From positions 372,001-436,000 of the forward strand of contig BCIN01000007.1 of NCBI GenBank assembly GCA_039545335.1: 64,000 nucleotides of DNA. The letters are read 5' to 3'. A program made the translations under genes and the position numbers. Of the stretch, positions 62,568 through 64,000 are shown piece after piece (the first letter of the stretch is position 1; each line of letters begins with the position of its first letter). The DNA comes from Kondoa subrosea (taxonomy: Eukaryota). The notes beneath the pieces are model-generated. The model was not told the DNA's origin. It did no database searches and saw only the letters and a program-made list of their open reading frames with translations.

Positions 62568-62853
62568 GTTCGTAGTAGTAGAGAGAAGAGGTCAAGAAAC
62601 ACTGAAGAATGCTCAAAACGAAGGCGCTAGTGTCACGCGACAGCTGCGGCGCTGTTTCAAGGCTTCACAGTACCAAAGTCTGTGCCTCGCAACTGATAGA
62701 AGCATTGGACCTTCTGTAAGAGTACACTACTGCAAGCTCATTGGTCGAAACTATGAACCGCAAGGACGAAAACAGTTTGGTGCACATAAACTTGCGGTGA
62801 ACAGAATGCAGGTATAAGATGCTATACAAATATCTCACATGAAGAGGGAGGCC

Positions 62854-64000
62854 TCAGACTTTCAAGGCTTGGGCAATCGACGCGGCCAGCACGTCAAGTT
62901 GATCAAGTAACCTTCCGTCTGGCTTTGCTTCGTCTTCAACCACTACTAAACCCTCAGCATACATTCTCATCGATCAGGGAACACTTACTGGAGAAGAGGA
63001 ATGCAGCATCCGCTTGGAAAGGTAAAGCTAAATGACCTTCGCCTTTTCGTGCTTCGGCTTCTCTCTTTCGGCTTTGCTCTTCAAAGGCAACAGACATCTC
63101 AATTGCTCGTTGCACAATATCCTCGTTGACACCAGCCAATCTTGCAACATGGGAGCCATACGACTTCTCCGTTGCGCCGTCGACCAATTTGTAGAGAAAC
63201 TGCGCTAGTATCAGCCTCAATGATTACAGATAGATTTGCTTTGCTCTTACAGTGATTGTATCGTCCTGGGTCAGTGTCTGCATATGACATGGACGGATCT
63301 GCGAATGATAGTTGAAGTCTTCGACAAGAGAGTTGTAATGCGTTGAAAAGAACCCAATGCAGCCCAAATCTGCAGTCTATCAGCTTAGATTCGAAATACG
63401 ACGCAAGAGACTGACGTGTAGCGAGATGATGAAGGACCGAGAAGGCGATAGATAAGCCATCCTGTGAAAGTAACATGAGCGAAATGCAGAGCAGTGATAT
63501 GACAACATACAAAGGTAGCAGTACCTCTGCCAAGTTCGTCAAGAACGACTAGCGATTTTGGTGTCGCTTGATCCAGAATCTTCTTGCAACTGGCGAGCTA
63601 CTTTAGTCTTTCAAATCAAGATCGAGCGAAACTTTGGCTAACTCGTCCATTTCGACCTTGAATGTACTTGCGTTCTGAAATATAAAATCATTTGCCCCCA
63701 TTCTAGTGACCAGACGGTCAACAGGACAAATGACAGCCTTTTGAGCGGGTACATAGCAACCCTGTCGTACAGGCGTTCTGCTTAGCTCAATTGGTCAGAA
63801 CATATATACAGACTGACAACTTGAGCCATGATGACAGCAGCAGAAGTCATTCTAAGCATCGTACTTTTGCCAGCCATATTCGGTCCGGTCAAGAGTATTA
63901 GCGCTTCACTGTCCTGCCCAAGTGATACATCGTTCGGAATGAATTCAATGTCGCTAGCCAAAAGACAAGGATGTCGAAGCTCTTCAAATTTGACAAACGC
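62854..64000 (-). CDS. MSH6: MutS homolog Msh6, C-terminal ATPase region (5' part outside the window)
   Basis: Motifs FEELRHPC, FIPNDV, LTGPNMAGKSTMLR, TRMGAND, STFKVEMDE, ATPKSLVVLDELGRGT, FSTHY and FLYKLVDG...SYGSHVARLAG are present. Confidence 0.88.

Noticed and set aside
1..64000. tRNA, rRNA, CRISPR arrays, transposases
   Set aside because: None were recognised by eye. The sequence is eukaryotic, and intron-containing tRNAs cannot be excluded without tRNAscan-SE.

Overview
This is gene-dense, very intron-rich fungal nuclear DNA. Introns are mostly about 45-70 nt with many micro-exons, and the gene set suggests a basidiomycete, possibly a Pucciniomycotina yeast (inference). The main accessory feature is a compact four-gene arsenic-resistance cluster at 1-6.7 kb. 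It consists of a C2H2/fungal-specific transcription factor head-to-head with an intron-containing ArsH that carries a mitochondrial-presequence-like N-terminal extension, plus a rhodanese/Cdc25-fold Acr2-like arsenate reductase head-to-head with an Acr3 arsenite exporter. The rest of the window encodes MRPS5, a strongly diverged TOR kinase, a Methyltransf_22-like protein, an ABCC transporter, tropomyosin, an S9 dipeptidyl peptidase, a DHTKD1-like 2-oxoacid dehydrogenase E1, CUB1/UPF0662, ERG26, DBP9, KIN28/CDK7, a dienelactone hydrolase flanked by ~600 bp direct repeats, NOC4, a Mic12-like protein and the 3' part of MSH6. It also holds a local family of F-box-like genes (two apparently intact, one pseudogene), several orphan genes, and a candidate H/ACA snoRNA upstream of TOR. 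Gene models were spliced by eye, so boundaries are approximate, and family calls rest on recognised motifs rather than database searches.
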